The notes under the pieces: model-generated
Databases searched by the model: none
Seen by the model: only the letters and a program-made list of their open reading frames with translations
What the model was told of the DNA's origin: nothing
Source of the DNA: Candidatus Rariloculaceae bacterium
GTDB lineage: Bacteria > Pseudomonadota > Gammaproteobacteria > Steroidobacterales > Rariloculaceae
Direction of reading: 5' to 3'
Assembly (NCBI GenBank): GCA_965223375.1
Contig: OZ245000.1
Coordinates: 2,267,092 to 2,331,091, forward strand
DNA: 64,000 nt
Shown: in pieces, positions 26,773 to 35,555 of the stretch
Layout: each line of letters begins with the position of its first letter
Position numbering within the stretch: position 1 is the first letter of the stretch
Position numbers and translations under genes: made by a program

Positions 26773-27657
26773 GTGCCTGCGGAAACCGGAGATGCCATCG
26801 TGACTGCCAGCAACGACTATCAGCGCATCAGCCGCGCAATCGAGTTTCTGCGCCGCCATGCGGACGAGCAACCGGCGCTCGGCCGTGTTGCAGCTGCCGC
26901 CGGTCTCAGCCCGACGCACTTTCAGCGGGTTTTCTCGCGCTGGGTCGGCGTTTCGCCGAAACGCTTTCTGCAGGTGCTGACCGTCGAGCGGGCTCGTGCC
27001 CTGCTCGACGAGCCGCGGCCTCTGCTCGAGGTTGCCGGTGACGCCGGACTCAGCGGCGTGTCGCGGCTGCACGATCACTTCGTGACGCTCGAGGCCGCAA
27101 CTCCCGGCGAGGTGCGCGCCGCCGGCAACGGCATCACGATCAGCTTCGGCATCGCGGAATCACCATTCGGCCACGTGTTCATTGCCGAAACGCCCCGCGG
27201 CATCTGCCAGCTGTCGTTCGTCGCCGGCCCGACCGAGAGTGACGACGCTGGAAGCCGGACCGACTTCGAGCGGCTCGGGAAGCGCTGGCATCGCGCGCGG
27301 CTGATCCGCGACGACGGCCGCGCGACTGCCACCGCCGATCGGGTATTCACGGCGCCGGACCCTGGCGCCGGCCCGCTGTCGCTCCACGTCGCAGGAACGA
27401 ATTTTCAGGTGGCGGTCTGGCGGGCCCTGCTCGACGTGCAGGCGGGCGGCATCACGACATACGCGGACCTGGCTTCGCGCGTCGGGCGTCCGACCGCAGC
27501 ACGGGCCGTCGGGCTCGCCGTCGGCGCCAATCCCATCGCGTTCGCGATTCCCTGTCATCGGGTGATTCGGCGCACCGGCGAGCTCGGTGGCTATCGGTGG
27601 GGGCCGCCGCGCAAGCAGGCCATTCTGGCGTGGGAGGCTGCGCGACTGGCCGACTGA
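26773..27657 (+). CDS. AraC-type HTH / methylated-DNA-[protein]-cysteine S-methyltransferase fusion (Ada-like, no N-terminal Zn domain)
   Basis: AraC HTH segment (LSPTHFQRVFSRWVGVSPKRFLQ) and the MGMT active site IPCHRVI. The start is ambiguous among in-frame GTGs at 26746, 26773 and 26800. The latter two each have GGAG 8 nt upstream. Confidence 0.8.
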   Translation: MPAETGDAIVTASNDYQRISRAIEFLRRHADEQPALGRVAAAAGLSPTHFQRVFSRWVGVSPKRFLQVLTVERARALLDEPRPLLEVAGDAGLSGVSRLHDHFVTLEAATPGEVRAAGNGITISFGIAESPFGHVFIAETPRGICQLSFVAGPTESDDAGSRTDFERLGKRWHRARLIRDDGRATATADRVFTAPDPGAGPLSLHVAGTNFQVAVWRALLDVQAGGITTYADLASRVGRPTAARAVGLAVGANPIAFAIPCHRVIRRTGELGGYRWGPPRKQAILAWEAARLAD

Positions 27658-27708
27658 GCCGCCGCAAGCTTCGCGGTCGGACCCTGTGCCGCCGTCGGCG
27701 TCCCGACT

Positions 27709-29262
27709 TCAACCGGACGGCGTTGCGGTCTGCTCGCCGCCCACCGGGACATCGCCGCCGGCTCTCGTCCCCTCGAGTGACGCATCGGTCAGGCTCGTCG
27801 ACTGCTCGCGACGCTTGAAGACACGCCCGAGATAGACCCCGGATGCGGCCCAGACGGCAGCGAACGCCGCACCGACGATCGCCATCAGCGAAAACCCGAA
27901 GCCGAGGCCCGTGCTCATTGCCGCGAACACGCCGCCCCAGATCGCGTCGCCGCCGCGATAGACGACGACGTCGACGACCGGTTTCGCCTTGAACCGCTGC
28001 TCACGGCTGACGCTCGTGAAGAGCATCTCCCGTGCCGGTCGCATGACGCCGTAGTTGCCGGCACGGCGCGCGATGTCGACCGCGAGCATGACGGTAAGAA
28101 TCGGCGCGAACGCGAGGATGATGAATCCTACGGCGGCGACGAGCGGTATCACCGCCAGCGTCAGCGGCATGCCGAGCTTCGTCACCAGCCTGCCCGTAAC
28201 GAAGAGCCCGAGGCCGAAAGTCAGAATGTTGACGATCGAATCGCGGACGCCAAGGATCGCCGTGCGTTGCTCGCGTTCCTCGTATATTCGCAGCAGGTCC
28301 GTCGTCTCGAAGTAGATGAACGCCTGAATCGCGGTGTAGAGCAGAATGAAGCCGCCGATAGTGAGCAGATACGGGCTCGTGAAGAAGTCACGGAAGCCCG
28401 CCCACCATCTGCCACCCATCCGGGCGGCGCTGAGGTCCGCCTGGACGTCCTCGTTGTGCAGGTCCGACACTTTCAGCTTTTGCAGGTAGAAGATCAGCGG
28501 CGTAGTCGACAACAGTACCAGCGCTGCGATCAGCATCAGGTTGTTGTTACCGATGTCGCGGGCGAAGACCGCCGCGATCAGCGGGCCGGCCGCGGCACCG
28601 GCGCTCGCGCCGGCGGCGATGAACGCGAACAGCCGCTTCGACTGCTCGCTGCTGAAGATGTCGGCCATGAAGCTCCAGAAGACCGACAGATGAAACAGGC
28701 TGAACAGGCTCACCCAGACGTAGAAGCTCTTGTCGAGCAGGACTGTGTTCTCGATGACGGACGAGCCGAACGTAAACGCGATGAAGGTGACCGCGTAAAA
28801 CATGTAGACCGCCGGGACCAGCAACCTGAAACGGACCCTGGAACAGGCGAAGCCGTAGATCGCAACGACCGCGGCGCTGAAGAAGAACTGGATCGTCCAG
28901 AGCAGGGATATCTCGGGATCGGTCCAGTCGCTCGCCATCGAATCGCGGACCGTTCGCAATATGTAGTAGGCCCCCATGACGGTGAGCACGAACAGGAATG
29001 ACAGAACGACGGCGCGTGTCTCATTGGCCTCGATCAGCATCGTCGTTCGGCGGATCTTCGGAGAGCGGAGGATCAGCCCGACGATGCAGGCGCCGAAAGC
29101 AAGGCCCCAGAGTGACGGGTTGCCGAAATCGAAGAGCTCCAGCAGGGTCGCCCCGGCACGCAGCATCAGGGTCTTGTTGACGACGTAGGCGACGATGCCG
29201 AGCCAGCAAAGTGACTTTATCGGATCCGGCACGCGGCTTGCAGATTGGCTGTCGCTGGTCAT
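27709..29262 (-). CDS. Polytopic transporter resembling the TLC/Npt (ADP/ATP-translocase-like) MFS-related family
   Basis: Motifs YYILRTVRDSM and FWSFMADIFSSEQSKRLFAFIAAGASAG resemble TLC-type carriers. The ATG at 29262 has GGAGAG 6 nt upstream. The longer ORF to 29307 starts with TTG. Confidence 0.7.
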   Translation of the reverse strand: MTSDSQSASRVPDPIKSLCWLGIVAYVVNKTLMLRAGATLLELFDFGNPSLWGLAFGACIVGLILRSPKIRRTTMLIEANETRAVVLSFLFVLTVMGAYYILRTVRDSMASDWTDPEISLLWTIQFFFSAAVVAIYGFACSRVRFRLLVPAVYMFYAVTFIAFTFGSSVIENTVLLDKSFYVWVSLFSLFHLSVFWSFMADIFSSEQSKRLFAFIAAGASAGAAAGPLIAAVFARDIGNNNLMLIAALVLLSTTPLIFYLQKLKVSDLHNEDVQADLSAARMGGRWWAGFRDFFTSPYLLTIGGFILLYTAIQAFIYFETTDLLRIYEEREQRTAILGVRDSIVNILTFGLGLFVTGRLVTKLGMPLTLAVIPLVAAVGFIILAFAPILTVMLAVDIARRAGNYGVMRPAREMLFTSVSREQRFKAKPVVDVVVYRGGDAIWGGVFAAMSTGLGFGFSLMAIVGAAFAAVWAASGVYLGRVFKRREQSTSLTDASLEGTRAGGDVPVGGEQTATPSG

Positions 29263-29334
29263 TCGGTTCTCTCCGCTGGGTGGCAAAGGCTTTCGGCCTC
29301 GCCGCAATGCCGTTCAGGTCGACGGCTGTTGTTG

Positions 29335-30918
29335 TTATTGGTTTCTTACCGGCACTGCCTGATCAGAGCCCCCTGGGTCGCTGAGGTTCCCCGCATCGGC
29401 CGCCTCCATTCCTGCTCCGCCCTGCTCAGCGAATTCCGGTTTCGTCGCCTCGAGGATCCGGAGCGCCGCCAGACGGCGGTCTTCGGGGTAGGCTGCCTCG
29501 AGCTCGAGTCGACCGCCACCGGTCAGCTCTTCGCGGACCCGACGATAAATATAGCGCCTTGCCTGCATCGGCATCGCGTCGAATGCCGTCGAGTGGATCA
29601 GGTAGCTCAACGGATAGCGAAATATCCTGGTCTCGAGATCCAGATCGCGCAGCGAGCGGCCGTCGCCGTCCACGGGGCCTTGCGACCGGAACCACTCCGC
29701 GAAGCCCGAAGTCCCGACAACCGGTGCGGTCAGCTCGATATCGAACGCCATCACGAGCACCTCGATCAGCGGCTCGGCCTTCTCGAAGATCAGCTGATCC
29801 ACCTCGTCCCGCGGCATCGTCTCGAGCGCCAATGACAGGTCCTCTACCGGCACGCCCGCAGCCGTCGCCAGATCCCAGTTCAGCCGCGTGATGTCGTTCT
29901 GCACCTGGATCTGGTGTTGCGCGATCAGCAGGGCGACGATGTCGCTGTAGGGCGTCAGGTACGCGGAGGTATCGAGCACCTCGTCGAGCGTCACCAGATT
30001 GCCGACCCGCAGGGCCTCGAGATCATTGAGCTCGGCGATATCGCCGACGACGATGTTGCCGAGATGCACCTGGTCACCGTGCTGTCCCGTTACGTACCAG
30101 CCACCCCAGCGGCTGCGCATCGGCGTCCAGGGCCGCATCAGGATCCACGCTTCGTGCGACACCAGCTCACCCTGCGTGCCAATGTAGCCCGAGCCCATCA
30201 GCAGGCGCGGTACGCCGCCGCCGGTCAGTGACAGCGAATCGTGGCAGCGCAGGCACTGGTTCGCCTCGCGGACCAGCGCGCCCGCGCCGCCGCCGTCCCG
30301 ATCGATCGTATGAAATACCGGCCCGAGCTGCGGGTCGATCGATGCGATTTCGAACGCCGCTCCGGGGACATAGGCGACGTAGGTATCGTCGTTGAAATAG
30401 ATCGCGCGGGGCGTCTCCGGCAGGATGCCGGCGACCTGCAGGCTGGTCTTCGAGAACACGAGCGTCTGTGAGGACGGGTCGATATCGAGCTCGGCCAGCA
30501 ACTGCTGCAGAAATTCGAGCCCCGTGTCGGCTTCGAGGCGAACCGTGCCCTCGGCCAGCCCCCGGCGCAGCCGCTCGATCCGGCCGGTCAGCGGGCCGGA
30601 CGCATAGTCGATCGTCGGGTACTCGCGTTCGTAGCGCAGCGGCCCGGCCGCAAGCGCCGCCGGCGCACCGAAAGTGTCGAAATCGAACGGCGAGGCTGTG
30701 GCGCCGTTGGCTTCGCCGACGGTCTCCGCCGTCGCAGCAGGCGCCGCTCCGTCCGACGCAATCGCGTCTACCCCGGCCGTATTCGCGTCTGCAACGTCTG
30801 CCGCGGGCGTCCGCTCCGATCTGTCGGCTCCGACGAGGTACCAGACGGCGGCCAGCGCAACGACGGTCGCGAGTCCCGCGATCGCGACGGCAGGCGAACC
30901 GGGTCGTTCGCCGGTCAT
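29335..30918 (-). CDS. Membrane-anchored protein of unknown function with a single CXXCH heme-c motif (527 aa)
   Basis: ATG start and an N-terminal TM helix (VAIAGLATVVALAAVWYLV). Contains the motif NQCLRCHDS. It ends 27 bp upstream of the transporter gene on the same strand. Confidence 0.7.
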   Translation of the reverse strand: MTGERPGSPAVAIAGLATVVALAAVWYLVGADRSERTPAADVADANTAGVDAIASDGAAPAATAETVGEANGATASPFDFDTFGAPAALAAGPLRYEREYPTIDYASGPLTGRIERLRRGLAEGTVRLEADTGLEFLQQLLAELDIDPSSQTLVFSKTSLQVAGILPETPRAIYFNDDTYVAYVPGAAFEIASIDPQLGPVFHTIDRDGGGAGALVREANQCLRCHDSLSLTGGGVPRLLMGSGYIGTQGELVSHEAWILMRPWTPMRSRWGGWYVTGQHGDQVHLGNIVVGDIAELNDLEALRVGNLVTLDEVLDTSAYLTPYSDIVALLIAQHQIQVQNDITRLNWDLATAAGVPVEDLSLALETMPRDEVDQLIFEKAEPLIEVLVMAFDIELTAPVVGTSGFAEWFRSQGPVDGDGRSLRDLDLETRIFRYPLSYLIHSTAFDAMPMQARRYIYRRVREELTGGGRLELEAAYPEDRRLAALRILEATKPEFAEQGGAGMEAADAGNLSDPGGSDQAVPVRNQ

Positions 30919-31122
30919 CGGCCGTCGAAACGCCGGAGACGCCGGTACCGTCGGGCTGTGCGCATCGCGGCGCCTCTTGCCAGTGAACCCGGCGATTATA
31001 TCGGCTTCGCGCCGCCGGCCCCGGCCAGTGGCCGCCGGCAGGCAGCCGGCGACCGGCGGACGGCAGGGCCGTCATGCATAATCGGGCGCGCCGAATACGA
31101 ACAACACTGGAGGGAATCGAGA

Positions 31123-31764
31123 ATGGACAACAGCAAAAGGCTTCTTGTGCTCGCCCTGCTTTCCGGCGCCTGCGGTCTCGCCGCCGCGCAGGACTCAGGG
31201 ATGAGCTTCTTTCTGACCAGCGCCGGGCCGGGTGACGGCGCGAACCTCGGCGGGCTCGCCGGCGCGGACGCGCATTGCGCGATGCTGGCCGAGAGCGCCG
31301 GCGTCGCAGGCAAGACCTGGCGTGCTTACCTGAGCACCGGTGGCGACGGTGGCGTCGATGCCCGTGACCGGATCGGCGACGGGCCATGGGTCAACGCGAA
31401 CGGCGTCGAAGTGGCCGCGGACGTCGACGACCTGCATAGCGACAACAATCTGCTGAGCAAGGAAAACTCGATCAGCGAGAGCGGCGAACAGATCAACGGT
31501 CGCGGCGACGAGCCGAACCGGCACGACATCCTGACGGGGTCGAATCTCGACGGCACGGCAATCAACGACGGCGAGGACCACACCTGCAGGAACTGGACCC
31601 ATAACGGTGCCGACGGCAGCGCCCAGGTCGGTCATCACGACCGGACGGGCGGCGGCGCGAACCCGACGTCGTGGAACAACGCGCACGGCTCGCGTGGCTG
31701 CGGTCAGGCCGACCTGCAGGGCACCGGCGGCGACGGCCTGTTCTACTGCTTCGCGATCGACTGA
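31123..31764 (+). CDS. Cys-containing secreted protein of unknown function (213 aa), possibly lectin-fold-like
   Basis: The ATG at 31123 has GGAGGG upstream. Signal peptide MDNSKRLLVLALLSGACGLAAAQ. Gly/Asp/Asn-rich, with conserved-looking Cys pairs. The family assignment is speculative. Confidence 0.65.
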   Translation: MDNSKRLLVLALLSGACGLAAAQDSGMSFFLTSAGPGDGANLGGLAGADAHCAMLAESAGVAGKTWRAYLSTGGDGGVDARDRIGDGPWVNANGVEVAADVDDLHSDNNLLSKENSISESGEQINGRGDEPNRHDILTGSNLDGTAINDGEDHTCRNWTHNGADGSAQVGHHDRTGGGANPTSWNNAHGSRGCGQADLQGTGGDGLFYCFAID

Positions 31765-31858
31765 GCGACTTCGGTGTTGCGGCAGGGGGTCGCGGCGGCG
31801 GCCCTCTGCCAGATGTCCCGCGTCTGCCGCGTCTGCCGCTTCTGCCGCTCCGGCGGCC

Positions 31859-33193
31859 TCAGATCGCGAGCATCTCCGTGCTGTCGCCGAACGACGGGCG
31901 CTCGACGCCGAGCTTGTCGAGCATTGCGAGCAGCAGATTGGACATCGGCGTCTGCGGCGCGTGGCGCAGGTGACGATTGCCTTCGAGCCGGCCCGACGCG
32001 CCGCCGGCGAGCACGACCGGGAGCGGATCGTAGTTGTGCTCGTTGCCGTCACTGAGACTCGAACCGTACAGGATCATCGAGTGATCGAGCAGCGAGCCGT
32101 CGCCATCCGGCGTCTGGCGGAGCTTTTCCAGAAACGTGCCGAGCAACGCGACGTGATAGCGATTCAGCACGGCGAACTGATCCATGTTCCGGCGCTCGTT
32201 CGAGTGGTGCGACGCGTTATGGAAGCCCTCGCGAACTCCGCTGCCGGGATAAAAGGTGTTGCTGTTCTCGCGGGCCAGCATCAGCGTCGAGATTCGCGTG
32301 ATTTCGGATCGCCAGGCCAGCACCTGCAGATCGAACATCAGCGCGAGATGCTCTTCGAATCGGCCGGGCACACCGGCCGGCGGGTCCGGAAGATCCAGGT
32401 CCTGCGACAGCTTTTCGTCGACCAGGTGGACACGCCGCTCGACCTCACGCACCTCGTGGAGGTAGTCGGCAAGTCGTGATCGATCGGCGGCCGGCAAGCC
32501 TTTGCCGAGCGATTCGACCTGGTCGACGACCGAGTCGAGCAGGCTCTTCGCCTGGTCACGCCGGGCCTGGCGCTCGGCGTCGGTCGCGCCGCCGCCAAAC
32601 AGCCGCTCGAACACGACCTGCGGGTTGTTTTCCATCGGCAGCGGCAGCGTCGCCGTCTTCCAGGCCAGCGTGTTGCGATAGGCGCAGGTGAAATCGGCGT
32701 CGCAGTTCAAGCCGACGGGCTCGATCGAGAGCTCGAGCGATGGCAGCGGCGTGTCCTGTCCGACCGCAGCGGCTGCGACCTGATCGATCGTCGGCCCGAC
32801 GATCGCCTCGCCGCCCTTGACCGGATGCGCGCCACTGAGAAAAACCGCTGCCGCCCGAACGTGATTTTCCGCGCCGCCGGTATCCTCGCCGTCCCATGGC
32901 GCGACCGGCGCGTGCGCGAGATCGCTGATGACGTTGATCCGATCCCGGAAAGGCTCGAGCGGTGCGAGGATCTCGGAGAACCCGAAACCGCGACCGGTCT
33001 CGGCCGGCGTCCACTTGTCCATCGTCGCGCCGTGCGGGATATAGATGCAACCGAGCCGGCTCTTCGGGCTTGCCGCGGTCTGCGCGAGAGCTGTCCCGGC
33101 CGGCACCATAGAGTCGAGCAAGGGCAGTGCGATCGCCGCAGCGCCGCTTCTGAGCAGCGTGCGCCGGGAGAGATGCTTTCTCGTTACGAACAT
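31859..33193 (-). CDS. DUF1552-domain protein with a twin-arginine signal
   Basis: The N-terminus MFVTRKHLSRRTLLRSGAAAIALPLLDSM is the typical Tat-type leader of DUF1552 proteins. AAGGAG lies 7 nt upstream of the ATG. Confidence 0.85.
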   Translation of the reverse strand: MFVTRKHLSRRTLLRSGAAAIALPLLDSMVPAGTALAQTAASPKSRLGCIYIPHGATMDKWTPAETGRGFGFSEILAPLEPFRDRINVISDLAHAPVAPWDGEDTGGAENHVRAAAVFLSGAHPVKGGEAIVGPTIDQVAAAAVGQDTPLPSLELSIEPVGLNCDADFTCAYRNTLAWKTATLPLPMENNPQVVFERLFGGGATDAERQARRDQAKSLLDSVVDQVESLGKGLPAADRSRLADYLHEVREVERRVHLVDEKLSQDLDLPDPPAGVPGRFEEHLALMFDLQVLAWRSEITRISTLMLARENSNTFYPGSGVREGFHNASHHSNERRNMDQFAVLNRYHVALLGTFLEKLRQTPDGDGSLLDHSMILYGSSLSDGNEHNYDPLPVVLAGGASGRLEGNRHLRHAPQTPMSNLLLAMLDKLGVERPSFGDSTEMLAI

Positions 33194-33224
33194 CGCTCGG
33201 CTCCTTCAGTTCAGCACGGCCGGT

Positions 33225-35555
33225 TCACGGCGTCCGGTTCAACGCGGCGACGTTCGCCGGGTCCTCGGCACGCTTCAGCCGGAATGGCGCACTCTCGACG
33301 ATCGCATTGACCAGCGCCGAGAAGCGATAGTCATCGGCGGCCGCGGCGGCGGCGATCCCGCGCACGGCCGGCATGTCCCAGGCTTCGAGACTCCGGCCGA
33401 GCGCGTAAGTCAGAAGCCTCTCGGCCAGCGCCTGCACGAACAGCGTCTCCCTGTCGGTCAGCACCTCGCGCAGGCTCGCGGGGCCGTCGAGCGGCGTGCC
33501 GTCCCACAGCTCGCCGCGCGCATCTATCGGCTCGCCACGATCAGTCTCGCGCCAGCGGCCGGTCAAGTCAAAAGACTCGAGCGCAAATCCGATCGGGTCG
33601 ATGATGTTATGGCAAGACGCGCAACCCGGATCCTCGCGGTGCCGTTCGAGTCGGGCGCGCAGCGTATCGGGGCCGGCACGCTCCGGCACCGATTCGTCCA
33701 GGTTCGTCTCGACGCCCGGCGGCGGCGAAGGCGGCGGTGTGCCGAGCAAATGCTCGAGCACCCAGGCGCCGCGGATCACCGGCGATGTCCGGGTTGGCGA
33801 CGAGGTCGTCGTCAGAATGCTCGCGTGACCGAGCAGGCCGAAACGGTTCGGATCGGTCAGCGTCACGCGCCGGAACCGACTGCCGCGCACACCCCGTATG
33901 CCGTAGTGGCGCGCGAGCCTTTCGTTGACGAACGTATAGTCCGCATCGAGCAGGTCCAGCACGCTCCCGTCACGCTCTACGATGTCGGCGAACAGCAACT
34001 GTGTCTCGCGCGCCATCGCGGTGCGCAGGTTCGCGTCGAAATCCGTGCCGACCGGGTTGACGGTCTCGAGCACGCGCAGCCCCAGCCATTGAACGGCGAA
34101 GCTCTCGGTCAGAGCCAGCGCTCTTGCGTCGCCGAGCAGCCGCTCGACCTCGGCGCGACGAACGGCCGGATCGCCAAGGCGCCCGGCATCGGCCAGGTCG
34201 AGCAGTCGGTCGTCGGGCAGGCTGCTCCAGAGGAAGAAGCCGAGCCTCGTCGCGAGCGCATGGTCGTCGATCGCATAGACGCCGCCCGGCGCGACGCCGT
34301 CCGGCTCGTACTCGAAGCGGTAAATGAATTGCGGGTCGACGAGAACCCGGGCCAGCGCATGCTGGACACCGAGATCGAAGCCGCCCAGAGCGTGGCCCTC
34401 GTCGAAAAAGCCCATGATCGTCTCGATGCTGTCTTCGAGTTCGCCGACCGGTCGGCGAAACGCCCGCCGCGCGAGCGCCGAGACGATTTCCCGTGCGCAG
34501 GCCCGCTCCTCGCCGGCATCAGCCGCTGCGTCCGGCGCGCAGACGAGCACGCGCTGGCGGCTCGGCGTGTCGCCGGCACCTGTCGTATCGAACGGCCCGA
34601 TAATCGAGATTGACGAGACGCCGGTGCTCGCTGCGAGGTTCGAGAACAGGTCATCGACACCGTAAGCGTGACCGCGCGGCAGCACGGCCGCAGTCAGCCG
34701 GTGGGGCCCCGCCGTCACCGGGATTCGGATCGGCTCGCCGCCGCGTCCGGTGAAAACTGCAAGCCGCCGCCCGTCAATCGCGACCTCGACCGGATCGTCG
34801 TTCCCGACGCTGTCGAGAAAAATGCCGCCAAGTGCGCGACGGACCGAAATCTCGTATTCCGCATCGACCGGAAAGACGTGCTCGACGGCGAGTCCCCCGC
34901 GGGTCCCGAATGGCAGGCCCTCGAGGTGTCCCGCCTGCGACAGGCCGCGCGGGACGCTGTACGTCTTCCCGCCGGGGCTCGCCCCGACGTCGCCAATCGC
35001 GAGACGGCTGATGGATGCCGCGGCCGAAACGTACGCCTGCATGTGCGCCGGCGAGACACTGAGCGCATCGGCAATGTTGTCGAAGCCCTCGCGGGAATCG
35101 TCCGCCGGCAACAGCGTCGTCACGTCGATGTCGAGCGCCAGCAGATCGCGGATGGCATTGGCGTATTCGGTTCTGTTCAGCCGGTGCAGCGCCGGCGCAC
35201 CGGGGTTCGGGTTGCGCGCCGCGAGCTCGTCGAGACCGGTCGTTAGCCACGCCGTCAGCGACTCGAGCTCGTCGTGCGGCGGGCGGGGCTCTCCGGCCGG
35301 TGGCATCAATCCGGCCTCGAGCTTACGAACGGCTTTCTCCCAGGTTTCGATGTTGGCGTGCAGTGCGCCCGGGTCGGCGGCCTCGAAACTGACGTTTCCG
35401 GCGAACTCCGCATCGTTGTGACAATCGATGCAATACGCGAGCATCGTCGCCCTCGCCTCCGCGGGACCACCTGCCGGCGCGCTTCCGAGCAGGTACCAGA
35501 CGGCTGCCGCGAACACGGCGACGACCGGCATCCCAACGAGCACGAGCCGGTTCAT
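33225..35555 (-). CDS. DUF1592-family protein (DUF1587/1592/1595/1588/1585 architecture) with CXXCH motifs
   Basis: N-terminal CIDCHND and C-terminal CASCHNIIDPIGFALESFD are typical of the Planctomycete-type cytochrome-c-domain family that pairs with DUF1552. Confidence 0.85.
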   Translation of the reverse strand: MNRLVLVGMPVVAVFAAAVWYLLGSAPAGGPAEARATMLAYCIDCHNDAEFAGNVSFEAADPGALHANIETWEKAVRKLEAGLMPPAGEPRPPHDELESLTAWLTTGLDELAARNPNPGAPALHRLNRTEYANAIRDLLALDIDVTTLLPADDSREGFDNIADALSVSPAHMQAYVSAAASISRLAIGDVGASPGGKTYSVPRGLSQAGHLEGLPFGTRGGLAVEHVFPVDAEYEISVRRALGGIFLDSVGNDDPVEVAIDGRRLAVFTGRGGEPIRIPVTAGPHRLTAAVLPRGHAYGVDDLFSNLAASTGVSSISIIGPFDTTGAGDTPSRQRVLVCAPDAAADAGEERACAREIVSALARRAFRRPVGELEDSIETIMGFFDEGHALGGFDLGVQHALARVLVDPQFIYRFEYEPDGVAPGGVYAIDDHALATRLGFFLWSSLPDDRLLDLADAGRLGDPAVRRAEVERLLGDARALALTESFAVQWLGLRVLETVNPVGTDFDANLRTAMARETQLLFADIVERDGSVLDLLDADYTFVNERLARHYGIRGVRGSRFRRVTLTDPNRFGLLGHASILTTTSSPTRTSPVIRGAWVLEHLLGTPPPSPPPGVETNLDESVPERAGPDTLRARLERHREDPGCASCHNIIDPIGFALESFDLTGRWRETDRGEPIDARGELWDGTPLDGPASLREVLTDRETLFVQALAERLLTYALGRSLEAWDMPAVRGIAAAAAADDYRFSALVNAIVESAPFRLKRAEDPANVAALNRTP

